64,000 bases of DNA from Eledone cirrhosa (GCA_964016885.1 OZ024743.1:371008001-371072000); one strand, 5' to 3'; counted from the stretch's first letter, positions 34,505-50,884 are shown. Notes: generated from the letters alone by a model not told the origin. Numbers and translations are program-made.

Positions 34505-35850
34505 TCATCATCGTTTAACATCCATCTGGTGCGGAAATGGTCGGGAGACCATGTCTCGCTCGCACGGAAGCGTTTTCACTGTGTCTCCTACACGGCCACC
34601 TTACAGTATGGACTGCTGTATCATTGACTTAGTGGACGGAATGGGAGAGGTAGGGTGTACATTGAGTTAAGATGTGCTATGCAATGGTAGTTGGGTCTTC
34701 TGTACAACTGCATGGTGCCAAAGGTCTCGAGCCAGTGTCATTGTCTTAGTGAGGTGTAAGTGAGCAAGGTCAGTTTTTATCACCTCGTCCCAGGTTTTTC
34801 TTGGTCTACCCACCCCGCAGCTTCCATCAATTTTCATCAATTTGTCCATACCATTGCAATCCCTCTCCAGAACACAACATTTGATACCTCTTATGCTTAG
34901 TCTCCTTCTTAGTTCGTTTATGCTTCGCCTTTCACGCACATTACTATTACACATCCATTGGAGCATGCAAGCTTCATTTCTTTCACATCTACGCAGGTCT
35001 TCAGCACACAATTCCCAAGTCTCACTACCATGTAATATCGCCGTTCGTATACATGCATCATACAATCTGCCTTTCACTTTTAGGGAAAAAAAAAACCTTG
35101 TGGCCAACAGCGGTATTAACTCTATGAACTTTTTCCATCCCATTCTAACTCTGGCTACTGTACTTTCAGAGCACCCTCCTCCACTGCTGATTTTGTCACC
35201 CAGGTAACGGAAGGTGTCTACTATTTCTATAGAACCATCTGGGTAGTTGAAGGTGATGTCATCCAGTGGGTCCTTGCTACTTACTGCACCTGAGCATCGG
35301 CCACATATAAAATCTACATTCTAAGATAGCTTACCTCTGACCCCACTACATCTTTAATGCACCCGTATTTTGCATTTGGGACATAGAAATGGAGTTTCTG
35401 CCTACTACTTTCTTACACACTGAGCATGGCCATTTCCCAGAGGGTACCTGTGCCCTATTCTCATACTAGAACCTTAGTCTTAGACAAGTTGACTCTTAGG
35501 CCATGCTTCCATGTTTGGAACTTCCTCTTTAGTTCAGCCATAGATTCAGCTATGAGAGTTAGGTCATCTGCATATAGAAGTTCCCATGGGCAGCCAGTCT
35601 CAAACCCCTCTGTTATAGCCTGTAGGACAATTATAAACAGGAGGGGCTAAGAACGGAGCACTGGTGTACCCCTACCATTACGCTAACTGTTAATTCTAAC
35701 CTTGCTAACTGTTCCTCTATACATGGCTTACATAGCTCTCACGAGCCATTCTTCCACTCCATTTTTTCTATGAGCCCACCAGATTAAGGGTCGTGGGACT
35801 CTCTCAAAGGCCCTCTCCAGGTCAACAAAAGCTAAGTAGAGGGGCTTACT
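34505..35850 (-). mobile_element. Decayed RTE LINE 3' fragment
   Basis: ORF 34667-35143 and upstream RT motifs. Confidence 0.9.
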
Positions 35851-35852
35851 AT

Positions 35853-38800
35853 ATCATCATCATCATCATCATCATCATCAACGTTTAACGTCCGTGTTCC
35901 ACGCTTGCATGGGTTTGGACGGGGGTTTTCCCACTTGAGGCAAGAGTGAATTGTCTTGCTCGCATAGGACTGTCTGGCAGGTTTTCTACAGTTGGATGCC
36001 CTTCCTAACACCAACCACATTTACAGTGTGGGTCTGGGAGGTTTTTACCGTGTTGCCTACACGGCCACATTACAGTGTGGACTGTGTGTTTTTTTGTCGT
36101 GACACCTACACGATCTCATTCGTTTCGGCCTGGATGGTGTGGTACCAACATAACTTTACATAGAAGGGGGCGGTGTGGATGGGGTGGGGGTGGTGGGGCG
36201 GGGGTGTATTTTGTTAGAGATGCCTACTGACTAGTAGGTTTTACTATGTATTTAGGTAAGGCGGGTCTTCTCTATTACTGAGTACCGCCAAAGGTCTCGG
36301 TCCAGTGACATTGTCTTGGAGAGGTGTAAGTGTGTGAGGTCGGAGTTTATCAGCTCGTCCCAGGTTTTTCTAGGTCTGCCTATTCTGTGGCTACCGTCTA
36401 TCTTTATTGCCCTGCACTTTGTTATACAGCTATCGACTTTCATGCGCATCACGTATCCATACCAACGTAGCCTTCTCTCGAGTAAACAACATCTGATCCC
36501 TCTTATTTCTAATTTTTTCCTTAGTTCGTTTATGCTTTGCCGTTCACGTATATTACTATTACACATCCAGCGGAGCATGCAAGCTTCGTTCCTCTCTAGT
36601 CTGCGTATATCCTCTGCACACAATGCCCAGGTCTCACTGCCATGCAACATTGCTGTTCGTATGCAGGCATCATACAACCTGCCTTTCGTTTTTAGGGAGA
36701 ACCCTTTAGCGGCTAATAGTGGTATAAGCTCTCTGAACTTTTTCCATCCAGTTCTGACTCTAGCTACTGTACTTTCAGAGCACCCTCCCCCACTGCTGAT
36801 TTTGTCACCCAGGTAACGGAAGCTGTCCACTATTTCTATAGAGCCCTCTGCGCAGTTGAAAGAGCTAGTATTTTGTGGGCACTTGCTGCTACTTATTGCA
36901 CCAGAGCACCGGCCACATGTGAAATCTATGTTCTTAGTTAGCTTACCTGTGATCCCACTACATCTTTTATGCACCCATACTTTGCATTTCTGACACAAAA
37001 TGGAGTTTCTGCCTACGCCTTTCCTACACACTGAGCATGGCCACTTCCCGGAAGGGACAGCCGCCTTATTTTCTTTCCTACAAACTAGAACTTTGGTCTT
37101 AGCCAGATTAATTTTAAGGCCTTTTGATTCTAGGCCGTGCTTCCATGTTTGGAATTTCTTCTCTAGCTCGGCCATTGATTCAGCTATGAGTGTTAGGTCG
37201 TCTGCGTATAGGAGTTCCCATGGGCAGCCGGTCTTGAACTCCTCTGTTATAGCCTGAAGGGCAATAATAAATAGTAGGGGGCTGAGAACAGAGCCCTGAT
37301 GGACGCCAACTTTTACGCTAAACTCTTCACTATATTCGTTGTTAATTCTAACTTTGCTGACTGTTTCTTTATACATGGCTTGTATAGCTCTCACAAGCCA
37401 TTCGTCGACACCTAGTTTTCTAAGGGCCCACCAGATAATGGAACGGGGGACTCTGTCGAAGGCTTTCTCCAAGTCGACAAAAGCTAAGTAGAGGGGTTTA
37501 CTTTTAGCTAGGTACTTCTCCTGTAGTTGTCGTACAATGAAAAGAGCGTCTGTGGTACTTTTGCCTGACACAAACCCGAACTGCATTTCATCTAGTTCAA
37601 TTCTCTATCTGATTAGTTGCGCTATTACTTTTTCCGTGACCTTCATGACCTGGTCGATTAATTTAATGCCTCTATAGTTACTCCTATCTAGGGCATCTCC
37701 TTTACCCTTATAACAGTTAACGATGATGCTGCTATGCCAGTCCTTCGGAACAACCCCATTCTGTACGACTTGGTTAACTATCCGGGTGACCATGGTCTGT
37801 CCCACCGTGCCAGATGCCTTCAGCATCTCAGCAACTATTTCCGAAGGCCCAGCCGCCTTACCCGTCTTCATATCCTTGATTGCCTTACTTATTATGCTAC
37901 CCTCGACTAACACTGCTGGTCCCTCTATTGGGTCGATGTGGGGGAGACTTTCTTTCTCCCATTTATTCTCCTCATTTAGTAGCCTTTCATAGTGACACTT
38001 CCAAGCTACCTTCTTATCAGCGTCGGTGATGGCAAGTACGCCGTCATCATTAAGTACACACTTCTCCCCGACAATATCACGGTTTTCCTTGACACATTGC
38101 CTAGCAATCCTGAACACCTCACGTTTTTGGTCCTCGCGTTGTAGAACATGCTTGAACTTTCTTTCCTCTGCTTCCCTTCTTGCGAAGTACACTTGTCTCC
38201 TAGCTTCCCTCCTGGCCACTTGATAGTCTTCACTACTTCCCCCATCCCGCCATACTTTCCAAGCCTGCTTTTTGGCCTTAATTGACCCCTCCACCTTACT
38301 GTTCCACCACCATGTTACTCTCCTCCTGCCTACAGGCCTGCTCCAGCCACAGACTTCGTCTGCCGCCATCAGCAGGTTTGCTTTCAGGAATTCCCACTGT
38401 CCCTCTATATTGTCCGACTCTAATTGCTCTTCCTTACTGTCGAAAGCATCAAGTAATATGCTTTGGAATTTATTTCTGGCTGTGGGGTCCTTTAGCTTCC
38501 ATATTTTTCTCCTGAGGATAGTCCTCTTCTGCTGTCGAGTACGTCTCGTCCTGACTATGAGGTCGCTAATTATCAGTCTATGTTGGGAGGTGCATTCTTC
38601 ATGGGGGAGGGATTTAGTGTTTACAACAGACTCTCTGTCACGTCTTCTGGTAAGGATATAATCTACCTGGCTTGTGTGTTCCCCGGATCTATAGGTGATC
38701 AGGTGATTGTCACGTTTTTTGAAGTTAGTGTTACAGATAGTTAGGTTATTTGCGTCACAGAATTCCAGGATTCTGGAGCCTTCCTCATTTCTAGTACCAA

Positions 38801-39490
38801 ACCCATAGCCTCCATGGATTTCGTCGTAGCCGTCACAATGTTGTCCAACGTGACCATTTAGGTCGCCTGCAATAATTATATAGTCACTGTCGGTTATTTG
38901 GGAGGTAGTGAGCATCAGTGTCTCATAGAATCTGTCTTTTATAGTACTGGGCAGTCCGGATTGGGGTGCGTATGCAGATATTACTGTCACCGTAGTTCTA
39001 TTGAGGACAAGTCTTATTTTAATTATTCTGTCGTTCACTCTCTTTACGTCTATTATCTTATCTGCCCACTTTTCTGCTACCATGATTCCTACTCCACCCA
39101 ACCCATCGTCATTTCCCACCCAGAAAAGCTTATAGCATCGTTTTTTACCCTCAATGAATCTAGCAGACCCACCCCTCCACCTAGTCTCTTGAATACAACA
39201 AACATTGACCTCCTTACGTTCAAGCATTTCTACAACCTCGTTATGCCTACATTTATGGTACCAACTCTGAAGTTTTGGATTGCGTTTGGAGGGTGGGAGC
39301 GAGAGGAGATGGGGTTATGTTAGCCATCCGCGGCCGAAACAAAGAGGAGTGCTCGCATTCTCGTCCACGAGGTGAATTTGTCTTTATCTTTGGCATTGTC
39401 GCTGAGCGTCCAGATTTTTCTCTCTCTTCCACTCTCCAGGATTCCGTAGTCCATCCATCATATATCGAAAGGCAACCAAGCAAGCGATAG
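35853..39490 (-). mobile_element. Near full-length RTE LINE (APE-RT-PHD) with two lesions
   Basis: ORFs 39227-37605 and 37586-36252 share a frame, separated by one TAG (LIR*RIELDEM). A small deletion/frameshift near 39245 breaks VGTINVG..NEVVEML. (GAT)n tail at 35853. Confidence 0.95.
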
Positions 39491-40018
39491 TATAAGCCTC
39501 TGGCTTATGATTGGTCCACGTAATAATAATGGTGGTGCGTGGGGGCTCTGGCTTATGATTGGTCCACTTAATAACAATGGTGGTGCGTGGGGGCGGGAGG
39601 GAGGGGTGTTGGGTAGATAGCTAGAAGGTAAGGATTGAATGAGGTCCTCGTATTTAACAAGCGATAACAAAAATACAAGATTTGTTCTGTTCAATACGAC
39701 AAAAACCCCCGTATTTAACAAGCAATAACAAAAAATACAGATTTGTTTTAGGAATACGACAACTACATTTAGGATTTGGCAAGATTGGAGGTTTGGACTG
39801 GGTATGAATGGAGTGTGGAGATGGTAGAAAAATGTGTACATTACGTTACATGATATACCGTGAAGAAGCAGCGATGAATTTGGCGAATGTGATTTACTTG
39901 AAGGGTTTATCTTATATATATATAGCTAGAGAGAGAGAGATGGGGGGGGGGGGGGAATAGGTTTGGCCGCATATATATATATATATACGTATATATATAC
40001 ATGTATATGTATATATAC

Positions 40019-40049
<31 letters not shown>

Positions 40050-40062
40050 CGTATATATATAC

Positions 40063-40183
<121 letters not shown>

Positions 40184-40305
40184 CATACATATATATATAT
40201 ATATATATACGTATATATATACATATATATCCGTATATATATATATATACGTATATATATATATATATACGTATATATATACATATATATACATATATAT
40301 ACACA

Positions 40306-40337
<32 letters not shown>

Positions 40338-40883
40338 CATATATATATACATATATATATACATATATATATATGTATATGGCTGCGCGTTGCAAATGGT
40401 GGTGCATATGAAAAAGTGAGTCCTTCATCAGTGACCCTCCAACCGTCCCAGGCATTTCATCGCTTTAAGGGCCATATGCCTCAGGTTGGTGCGAACAACG
40501 GCTAAAAAAAGTCGTTGGGACACGTAAATAAAAGGTACGTTAGGGTAACAACAAAATGGTTTAAGCAACGGAAAGTGAGAAGAAATAGACAAGTCCCAGA
40601 TCTCTATGAATATAAACTCGGTGAAATCGTGAACTAGAGAATAAAGACCATCAGACCTGGTTGAAATGTGAGCAAGGAAGGAATTTCGCACAAGTCTAAC
40701 GGGGGGCAAGAAAAAGAAGAATAAGAAGAAGAAGAAGGGGTCTGGTCTACGAATTCGGTAAACATAAGTTTTGTGAAGTCGCAGACGAAAGAGAGAGAGA
40801 AAAAAAAAATTCCATACCAGCTTGACCAGGACGCGCGAGAAAAGAATTACACACAGGTCAAACTTGAAGGAGGAGGAGGAGAG

Positions 40884-40966
<83 letters not shown>

Positions 40967-41265
40967 TATATACATATATATATACATATATATATACATA
41001 TATATATACATATATATATACATATATATATACATATATATATACATATATACATATATATATACATATACATATATATATATACATACATATTATATAT
41101 ACATATATATATATACATATATATATACATATATATATACATATATATATACATATATATATACATATATATATACACATATATATATACATATATATAT
41201 ATACATATATATATATACATATATATATATACATATACATATATGTATATATATATGTATATATG

Positions 41266-41499
<234 letters not shown>

Positions 41500-41500
41500 C

Positions 41501-41587
<87 letters not shown>

Positions 41588-41612
41588 CATACATATATAT
41601 ATATATACATAC

Positions 41613-41767
<155 letters not shown>

Positions 41768-41811
41768 CATACATATATATATATACATACATATATATAT
41801 ATATACATACA

Positions 41812-42450
<639 letters not shown>

Positions 42451-42572
42451 TTATATTATTGTTCTGCATCCTCCTGCATTGAACCACCTAGGTACTATGA
42501 CATAACCTGTGTATTTGCTGGCATAGGCGTGCATCTGTGTGCTTATGTTAGTTGATATATTAAGTTATCTAC

Positions 42573-42605
<33 letters not shown>

Positions 42606-42775
42606 CATATCATCATCATCATCATCATCAGGTTTAGCGTCCGTGTTCCACGCTTGCATGGGTTTGGACGGGGGTTTTCCCACTTGAGGCAAGAGTGGTT
42701 GTCTTGCTCGCATAGGACTGTCTGGCGGGTTTTCTACAGTTGGATGCCCTTCCTAACACCAACCTATATATATAC

Positions 42776-42826
<51 letters not shown>

Positions 42827-42875
42827 CATATATATATATATACATATATATATATACATATATTTATATATATAC

Positions 42876-42906
<31 letters not shown>

Positions 42907-42919
42907 CATATATATATAC

Positions 42920-43068
<149 letters not shown>

Positions 43069-43080
43069 CATATATATCTA

Positions 43081-43112
<32 letters not shown>

Positions 43113-43113
43113 C

Positions 43114-43188
<75 letters not shown>

Positions 43189-43202
43189 CATATATATCTA
43201 TA

Positions 43203-43306
<104 letters not shown>

Positions 43307-43311
43307 TATAC

Positions 43312-43354
<43 letters not shown>

Positions 43355-43463
43355 CATATATATATATATGTATACATATACATATATATATATGTATACA
43401 TATATATATATATATGTATACATATATATATATATATGTATACATATATATATATATGTATAC

Positions 43464-43688
<225 letters not shown>

Positions 43689-43731
43689 CATATATATATA
43701 TACATATATATATATACATATATATATATAC

Positions 43732-44672
43732 AAATAGAGTTCTTTGAGATACTGGTTGGAGTGCTCCATTGAGATACATTGGCTCCCTACCTTTTTATCA
43801 TCGTAGTGGACTATTGTATGCGCCTTGCACTGGAGAAACACCAGGACTCTGGCTTTACTGTAGCACCGGCTCAGAGCAGGAGAGTTGGGGCGAAAAAGGT
43901 ATCGGATGCTGAATTTGCCGACGACATAGTTTTGGTGACAAATACAGTGAAGGAGGCAGAGGATTTGATGCGGGAGGTTGAGACTGTGTCGATGAGTGTG
44001 GGGCTGAGAATGAATGAGACTAAAACAAAATATCTGGTAGAGAATGTTGAGAAGCCAGAGGGGATCACTAGTGTAGGCGGGAAGCCGCTGGAATTGGTTG
44101 AGGACTTCCTGTATTTGGGAGCAAAGATTGGGAATACGGAAGATGGTGTGGTTGAGAGGAAGAGCAAGGCCTGGGCGGCGTGTCACAGCTTGGGATCGGT
44201 GTGGAAGTCGGACCTTCGTAGAGACCTGAAGGTCAGCCTCTTCATTGCTGTAGTGGAGTCTGTGCTGCTGTGTGGGTCTGAGACTTGGACACTGACCAAG
44301 AGACTCACTCAGATGGTGGATGGGTGCTACACGAGAATGCTGAGGATGGCTCTGAACATTAATCAGTATACACTGAGGATGAAAAACTCAGAGCTGTATG
44401 GGAGCATCCCAAAAGTCAGCTCAAAAGTGACACAGAGAAGACTGAGGTTGGCTGGACATGCTCACCAACATCCAGAGTTGACATTGCACTCAGTGCTCCT
44501 TTGGGAGCCCCTACATGGACACACTAGAAGAGGAAGACCAAGGTTAACATATGTTGATGCCCTAAGGACAGACACTGGTCCGTTGGAGATGCAGGATATG
44601 GCAGCGATAATGAGGGACAGAGACCGCTGGAGAGAACTCGTCCATGGATCTCGGGAATTTTACCCGCCTTAG
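43732..44672 (+). mobile_element. RTE-clade LINE 3' fragment (PHD-less family) inserted in (TA)n
   Basis: 297-aa open ORF: [38 protein letters not shown]. The stop is followed directly by (AGAT)/(AT)n. Confidence 0.9.
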
Positions 44673-44678
44673 ATAGAT

Positions 44679-44713
<35 letters not shown>

Positions 44714-44717
44714 AATA

Positions 44718-44767
<50 letters not shown>

Positions 44768-44962
44768 GATAAATCTACCAAGAGTTTACGGTAGTGTCCA
44801 ATCCGTATGAAGAACTCAATATAATCCGGATATCATGGAAAGAAGAGATGCATTCAAAAATCACTTTCGGTGAAAGATAAACGGAATACAGAGTCAAGAT
44901 AAAATGTTAAAAAAAATAATGAATAAAACAATGAAACAGTTCCTTATATTAAACAAAAAAAG

Positions 44963-45105
44963 TTCATTATTTAACGATCGTTTCTAGGACATATATGTGT
45001 TAGAATTGGTATGCATATTCAACAGATCTATGTACAAAATTATACAAATTATCAAATATAATATACATACCAACACATACATATGCCGTCTTCAGAAATA
45101 ATGAA
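44963..45105 (-). ncRNA. Type I hammerhead ribozyme (3' pseudo-LTR)
   Basis: Minus strand: ttcattattt-CTGAAGA-[~105-nt stem II]-GAAA-cgatcg-TT-aaataatgaa; 10-bp stem I and palindromic stem III. Confidence 0.85.
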
Positions 45106-45760
45106 ATATATTTATTGATAATAACAACAATTCAAAATTACAGGTCTGTTTGGGAACAGAGTTCAAATTGACCAATGAAATACACAAAATATATCAATAA
45201 AATACAGTTAGGTGTGTGTATATATGTAAGTAACTTCGTTCACAGATATGCATAAAAATATATGTTCACATGCATACGCATGTCGAAAAAATGTATGTAA
45301 ATACAAAAAATTCAGGGCTAATGTCTCTGTATGTTTATAATCTACAGATAAAATACACATACGCATATAAACATATATAGATTCATATATACACACATAT
45401 ATATACACACGCACATTCACACACACACGCGCATATACACATAAACATACACATACCCATGAACATACACACACACACTCACACACACACATATATGTAT
45501 ATATTATTATTATAACTATATGGATATTTAGGCACACATAAACACTGCTACATATATTTTTACATCCAAATGCAGAAGTGGGTAAGGGGTTCAGTAATAA
45601 CTAAGGATGTCAGGGAGCTGCCTATTTAAAAATGTATCTACAAATTTAGAAATAAAAAGAAATATATCAAAAAAAAAAATATATATATATATAAACAAGT
45701 AAAATATACTCATACATAAAATACATACCGATATACATATACATATAAATACACATACAC

Positions 45761-45803
<43 letters not shown>

Positions 45804-45965
45804 CACATACACATATACACGTACACATACTCATACATACATAAATATACATACACATACATATATAAATACATAGACACACATACAAACACACATATAT
45901 ATAAAAAAATATATACATATATTCACAACTCACATACATATATACACATATATGTACACACACAT

Positions 45966-46008
<43 letters not shown>

Positions 46009-46329
46009 TACATACAGACACATATATATACACACATATATACACACACACATATATATATATATACATACACACACATATATACACACACACACAACAC
46101 ACACACACACATACATATACGTATATATACACACACACATATCCATGTATGTATATACACATACAATCACACGCTCACACAACTCAGACAATTATGCACA
46201 CATATATATATATACACATACACACATCCCTACAAATATATATACACATATACGCACGCACGCATACATATATACATACACACATACTTATACATAGACA
46301 TATATATACATACATATACATATATATAC

Positions 46330-46378
<49 letters not shown>

Positions 46379-47025
46379 CAATCATAGACACTTATTTACA
46401 TGCGCACATATGTATTTTTATACTCACATATAAACACCCAAACATACATACCTACTTACATACACATACATTCATCCACGCTTACAAATATAAATAATTA
46501 TGGGGGGGAGGGGGGGATTAAAATTATTAGTGGGAAAAAGTAAATATAGGTTTCAAGGAACATAGAATATTAATCTGCATTTAGATCATAATATATGTTT
46601 ACATAGTAGTTTCAGTATTAGGAAATGTAAGAAAGAAGGCAAAATTATGCATTTTAATATAAGTAGACTATTAATTAAAGGTTAACTAAATTAAAATTAG
46701 TTAATATATTGATTTCTAAGGTGTATACTACTTAGGTTTATAATATTTGAAGCGGAATTTTGAAGTTAAATAGTAGTAGAATATTAATTATATCATAACT
46801 AAATTAAAATATTAACATTATGGTATCAATATTAGGAAATGAATTTAGTAATAGGAAAAACCAAATCAAGTATTTCATCGGTAGTAGAATATAAACTATA
46901 GGTTAACTAAATTAAAGAATTATATATTAATTTCTATAGTATATGTTAATTAGGTTTATAATAATTAAAGCAGATTTTGTATTTTATCTATAGTAGAATA
47001 TAATTATAGGTTAACAAAAATTAAA

Positions 47026-47089
<64 letters not shown>

Positions 47090-47561
47090 TTTTAATTGTA
47101 AAGAATATATTAATTAGGTATATATTTAAAAATTTATCTCAGTTTATGATTACATGATATTCTGCAATCCATCTGTATTGGAATTTTAATTTTCAGCTAA
47201 TTAAATTAAAATTATAGGTAAACTAAATTAAAATTAATTTATAAATAACTTTCTAAATTGTATATTAATTAGGTTTATAATATTAAAAAATATTTCTCTG
47301 TTATTGATTACACAATGTTTTGTTATATTTCATCTATAAAGGAATTTTAATAAATGGTTAAATAAACTAAAATTAATCTATAAATTAATTTACAAAGTAT
47401 ATATTAATTATGTTAATAATATTTAAAAGTTTTTCACTATTTATGATTACACAATATTTTTTATCTCATCTGTATTAGAAATTTAATTAAATTAAATTTA
47501 TAGGTTATCTACATTTAAATTAAATTATATATTAATTTCTAAATTTCTAAAATATATATTA

Positions 47562-50017
47562 TTATTTAGGTTTATAATATTTAAATGTTTTTCTCAGTTT
47601 ATGATTACACGATATAATTAATTCCTGTCGCTTATTTAATAGGATATCTTTAGATTTCATTATTTCAAATAGTTCTTGGGAACATAATCTACATTCATTT
47701 CTATTATTTTGATAAGGGGTGGCTCTTTTGAACACACTCCAGGTCATATCATATTCTATATTCTTATTTCTATAACTATTAATTTTTTCTGCTAGAGATG
47801 TTGTATTAGCCAGTGCGGCGTTTTTGAAACTATGTTTGTGGGTATTAAACCTTACCTTAAAATTGTTAGAAGTAGCTCCTATATATGAGCAAATAGAGTC
47901 TTTAGTTTTAACCTTACATTTATAAACTATGTTGTTAACAAGACAATTTCCTTTTAATGGGCAGTTTGCTTTGTTTCTACAGTTACAACCTTTCGTTAAT
48001 TCTGTATTTGAGGAGATATTATGGTTAGTTTGATGTATTGGTGGTATACTTATGGTTTTTTTACATTTATATGCATTATAGGCACTTATATTTTGTTTTA
48101 TGTTTTTGGTTGTTGAGTATGAGAATTTAACTGTTGACCTATTTAAGATTTGATGATATTTGTGGTTTGGCGGGAAGTTTTTCTCTAGGATATAAAAAAA
48201 TTTTTTAGCAATATTATCCTTAATTTGTAAATTAAATGGAGCATTATACCAAGTAACTCGTCTATTCCGGTTTCTATGTTGTTTATTATTTTTATAGGTT
48301 GTATCGTGATGTTTACTAGGAGGATTAATGTTAATGACATCACCACGCACATTTTTAGTTAGATTTATTGATTTAGGTGTTTTATCATGTTTATTAGGAG
48401 TATTATTGTTAACATTTATTAGAGTTGTATGATGAGTAGTTTTTTGAGAGTTACTATAGTTTATATTAGAGGAGTTGTTGGTATTTTGGGGTATAGTGTG
48501 GGTGGCATTTAGGTGTGTACTTTTCATTTGGTGTTTGTTGGTAATATTAGGTTGTATGTTTATAGTATTTTTAGTAGAAGGTATATATTCTAATCTATTT
48601 TTGTGGCCACTTCTATCTAGAGCTTCGTTATAGAAGGTCGCATTTTTATCAAATACATCTTGGTTAGATGAAAGGTTAGAAATTCTAAGTGATATATTAT
48701 ATGCAAGGTTTTTAAGGTTTTTAAGGTGATTAGATTGTGAGTGTATGTAGTGTAAGTTTTGGTTGGGTTTATGGTAAGGTTGGTAGATACCCGTAGCTAA
48801 GTCTAAAGTTATATCTAGGAAATTAACTACTTTACTTGTGTTTTCAAAAGTAATATGAAGACTATAATAGTCTTTAAGGAAAGTTCTAATAAGCTTTTTG
48901 TTTTTTTCTATTTCTGAGAGGCTAAGGTTGTTGGAAAGAAGAAGACAGTCATCACGATATAAACCACCTTTAAGGTGGGGAAAGGAAGCATTTATGTTGA
49001 AAAGAAGAAAGAGGCCCACAAGATCAGTAATTTGGGCAGAATCGCTTGAACCCATAGTAATATCAAATAGATTACTATATGTGTTTCTGGTCCAATATTC
49101 ATTCTGAAATTCAATAAGTGTTAGTCTAGCATGTGTAATAATATTAATGTCATCCAAAGTTAAGTTAGATCTATTTTTAGCAAATATCAAAGCTTTGTTC
49201 AGGAGTATAGGTGAAATAGAAGAATAGTAATTATCAATATCAAATTGTAGAAATGAAGCAGAAGATTTACATCTAATATTTTTAAACCAGTTAATTACCT
49301 GGGAAGTGTTTTCCCAGAGTGGTAAATTAACATGTTTTCTTATTTGTGGGATGACTCTATCCAAAATTTTTTTGCTAATTATTCCAATATCAGATTTGGA
49401 GGGACATATAAGTCTTATAGAAGGATTTGAGTTAAAGTTTGATTTATGATCCTTCAGGTTAAAGTGTGGTCTTTTCAATGCCAAAGGTTCAGTTCTATCT
49501 TCAATGTTTAGTTTTTTTACTATGTTGTGTGTTTTGTTGTTGATATTGGTGAGTGACGCATTATTAGATTTTTTATAGTTTTTCCTGAGTTCTTTATATA
49601 TATGAACTCATTATAATCTTCAATATTCATGTGATACAAGTTTCCTGTTTTATCCGAGTGGACATGGATTTTTTTAGACTTTTTTAGGTCCAAAAGGGTA
49701 GAATCAAGGTCCTTTTGAAAGACTGATTTATACTTCTTAAATTTGAGGTGTTTAATTAAATTAAAAAGGTCTTTCTCAAAGTCCTCAAGTAGAGAGTTGT
49801 GTGGTGGATTCTTGTAAGTATTGAAATCATACATATATTTCCTCTCTGCATATTTAGATTTTTTATCGAAGTGGTAGGCCCTCCATCTAACTCTTCTGAT
49901 AAATTGGTTAGTTTTCTGTATCATAAGGAGTAAGAAGTCGTCCTTAGAAGGTATTGGTATATTCTTTAAAGAGGTTCCCAAGTATTGTTTTTCCATTGTG
50001 ATATGGATGATGGACAA
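47562..50017 (-). pseudogene. PLE polyprotein, one frameshift near 49595
   Basis: SLKNIPIP; LKDHK..NPSIRLICPSKSDIG; QFDIDNYY; ITMGS; LYRDD; NFLDITLDL; CNCRNKANC linker; IVY..YIG GIY-YIG; CRLCSQE..LNKR..CNH. Confidence 0.9.
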
Positions 50018-50346
50018 TAGAAAGAGCTCAACTAAATGTATATGGGGTTATAAAATCATACATATATATGTATATACATAAATATAAAATTAACACACAC
50101 ATACAGTACAAAAATACGAATATTTCCGTGAAAATAGGAGCAAATTATGTAGATAAATCTACCAAGAGTTTACGGTAGTGTCCAATCCGTATGAAGAACT
50201 CAATATAATCCGGATATCATGGAAATAAGAGATGCATTCAAAAATCACTTTCGGTGAAAGATAAACGGAATACAGAGTCAAGATAAAATGTTAAAAAAAA
50301 TAATGAATAAAACAATGAAACAGTTCCTTATATTAAACAAAAAAAG

Positions 50347-50489
50347 TTCATTATTTAACGATCGTTTCTAGGACATATATGTGTTAGAATTGGTATGCAT
50401 ATTCAACAGATCTATGTACAAAATTATACAAATTATCAAATATAATATACATACCAACACATACATATGCCGTCTTCAGAAATAATGAA
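50347..50489 (-). ncRNA. Type I hammerhead ribozyme (5' pseudo-LTR)
   Basis: Same sequence as 44963-45105 (offset 5384). Confidence 0.85.
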
Positions 50490-50594
50490 ATATATTTATT
50501 AATAATAACAACAATTATATATATATTTATATATATATATATACAAATATATATATATATATATATATATACAAATATATATATATATATATAC

Positions 50595-50665
<71 letters not shown>

Positions 50666-50666
50666 A

Positions 50667-50884
<218 letters not shown>

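Larger units (their letters stand above)
44762..50516 (-). mobile_element. Complete Penelope-like element (RT + C-terminal GIY-YIG, Hydra-clade-like) with 371-bp pseudo-LTRs
   Basis: Direct repeats 44762-45132 and 50146-50516 (two mismatches seen), (TA)n on both flanks, and an internal RT-EN ORF. Confidence 0.92.

Noticed and set aside
40380-40445. Minus-strand CTGATGA in the unique island between TA tracts
   Set aside because: No GAAA or closing stems could be assigned before the TA tract.
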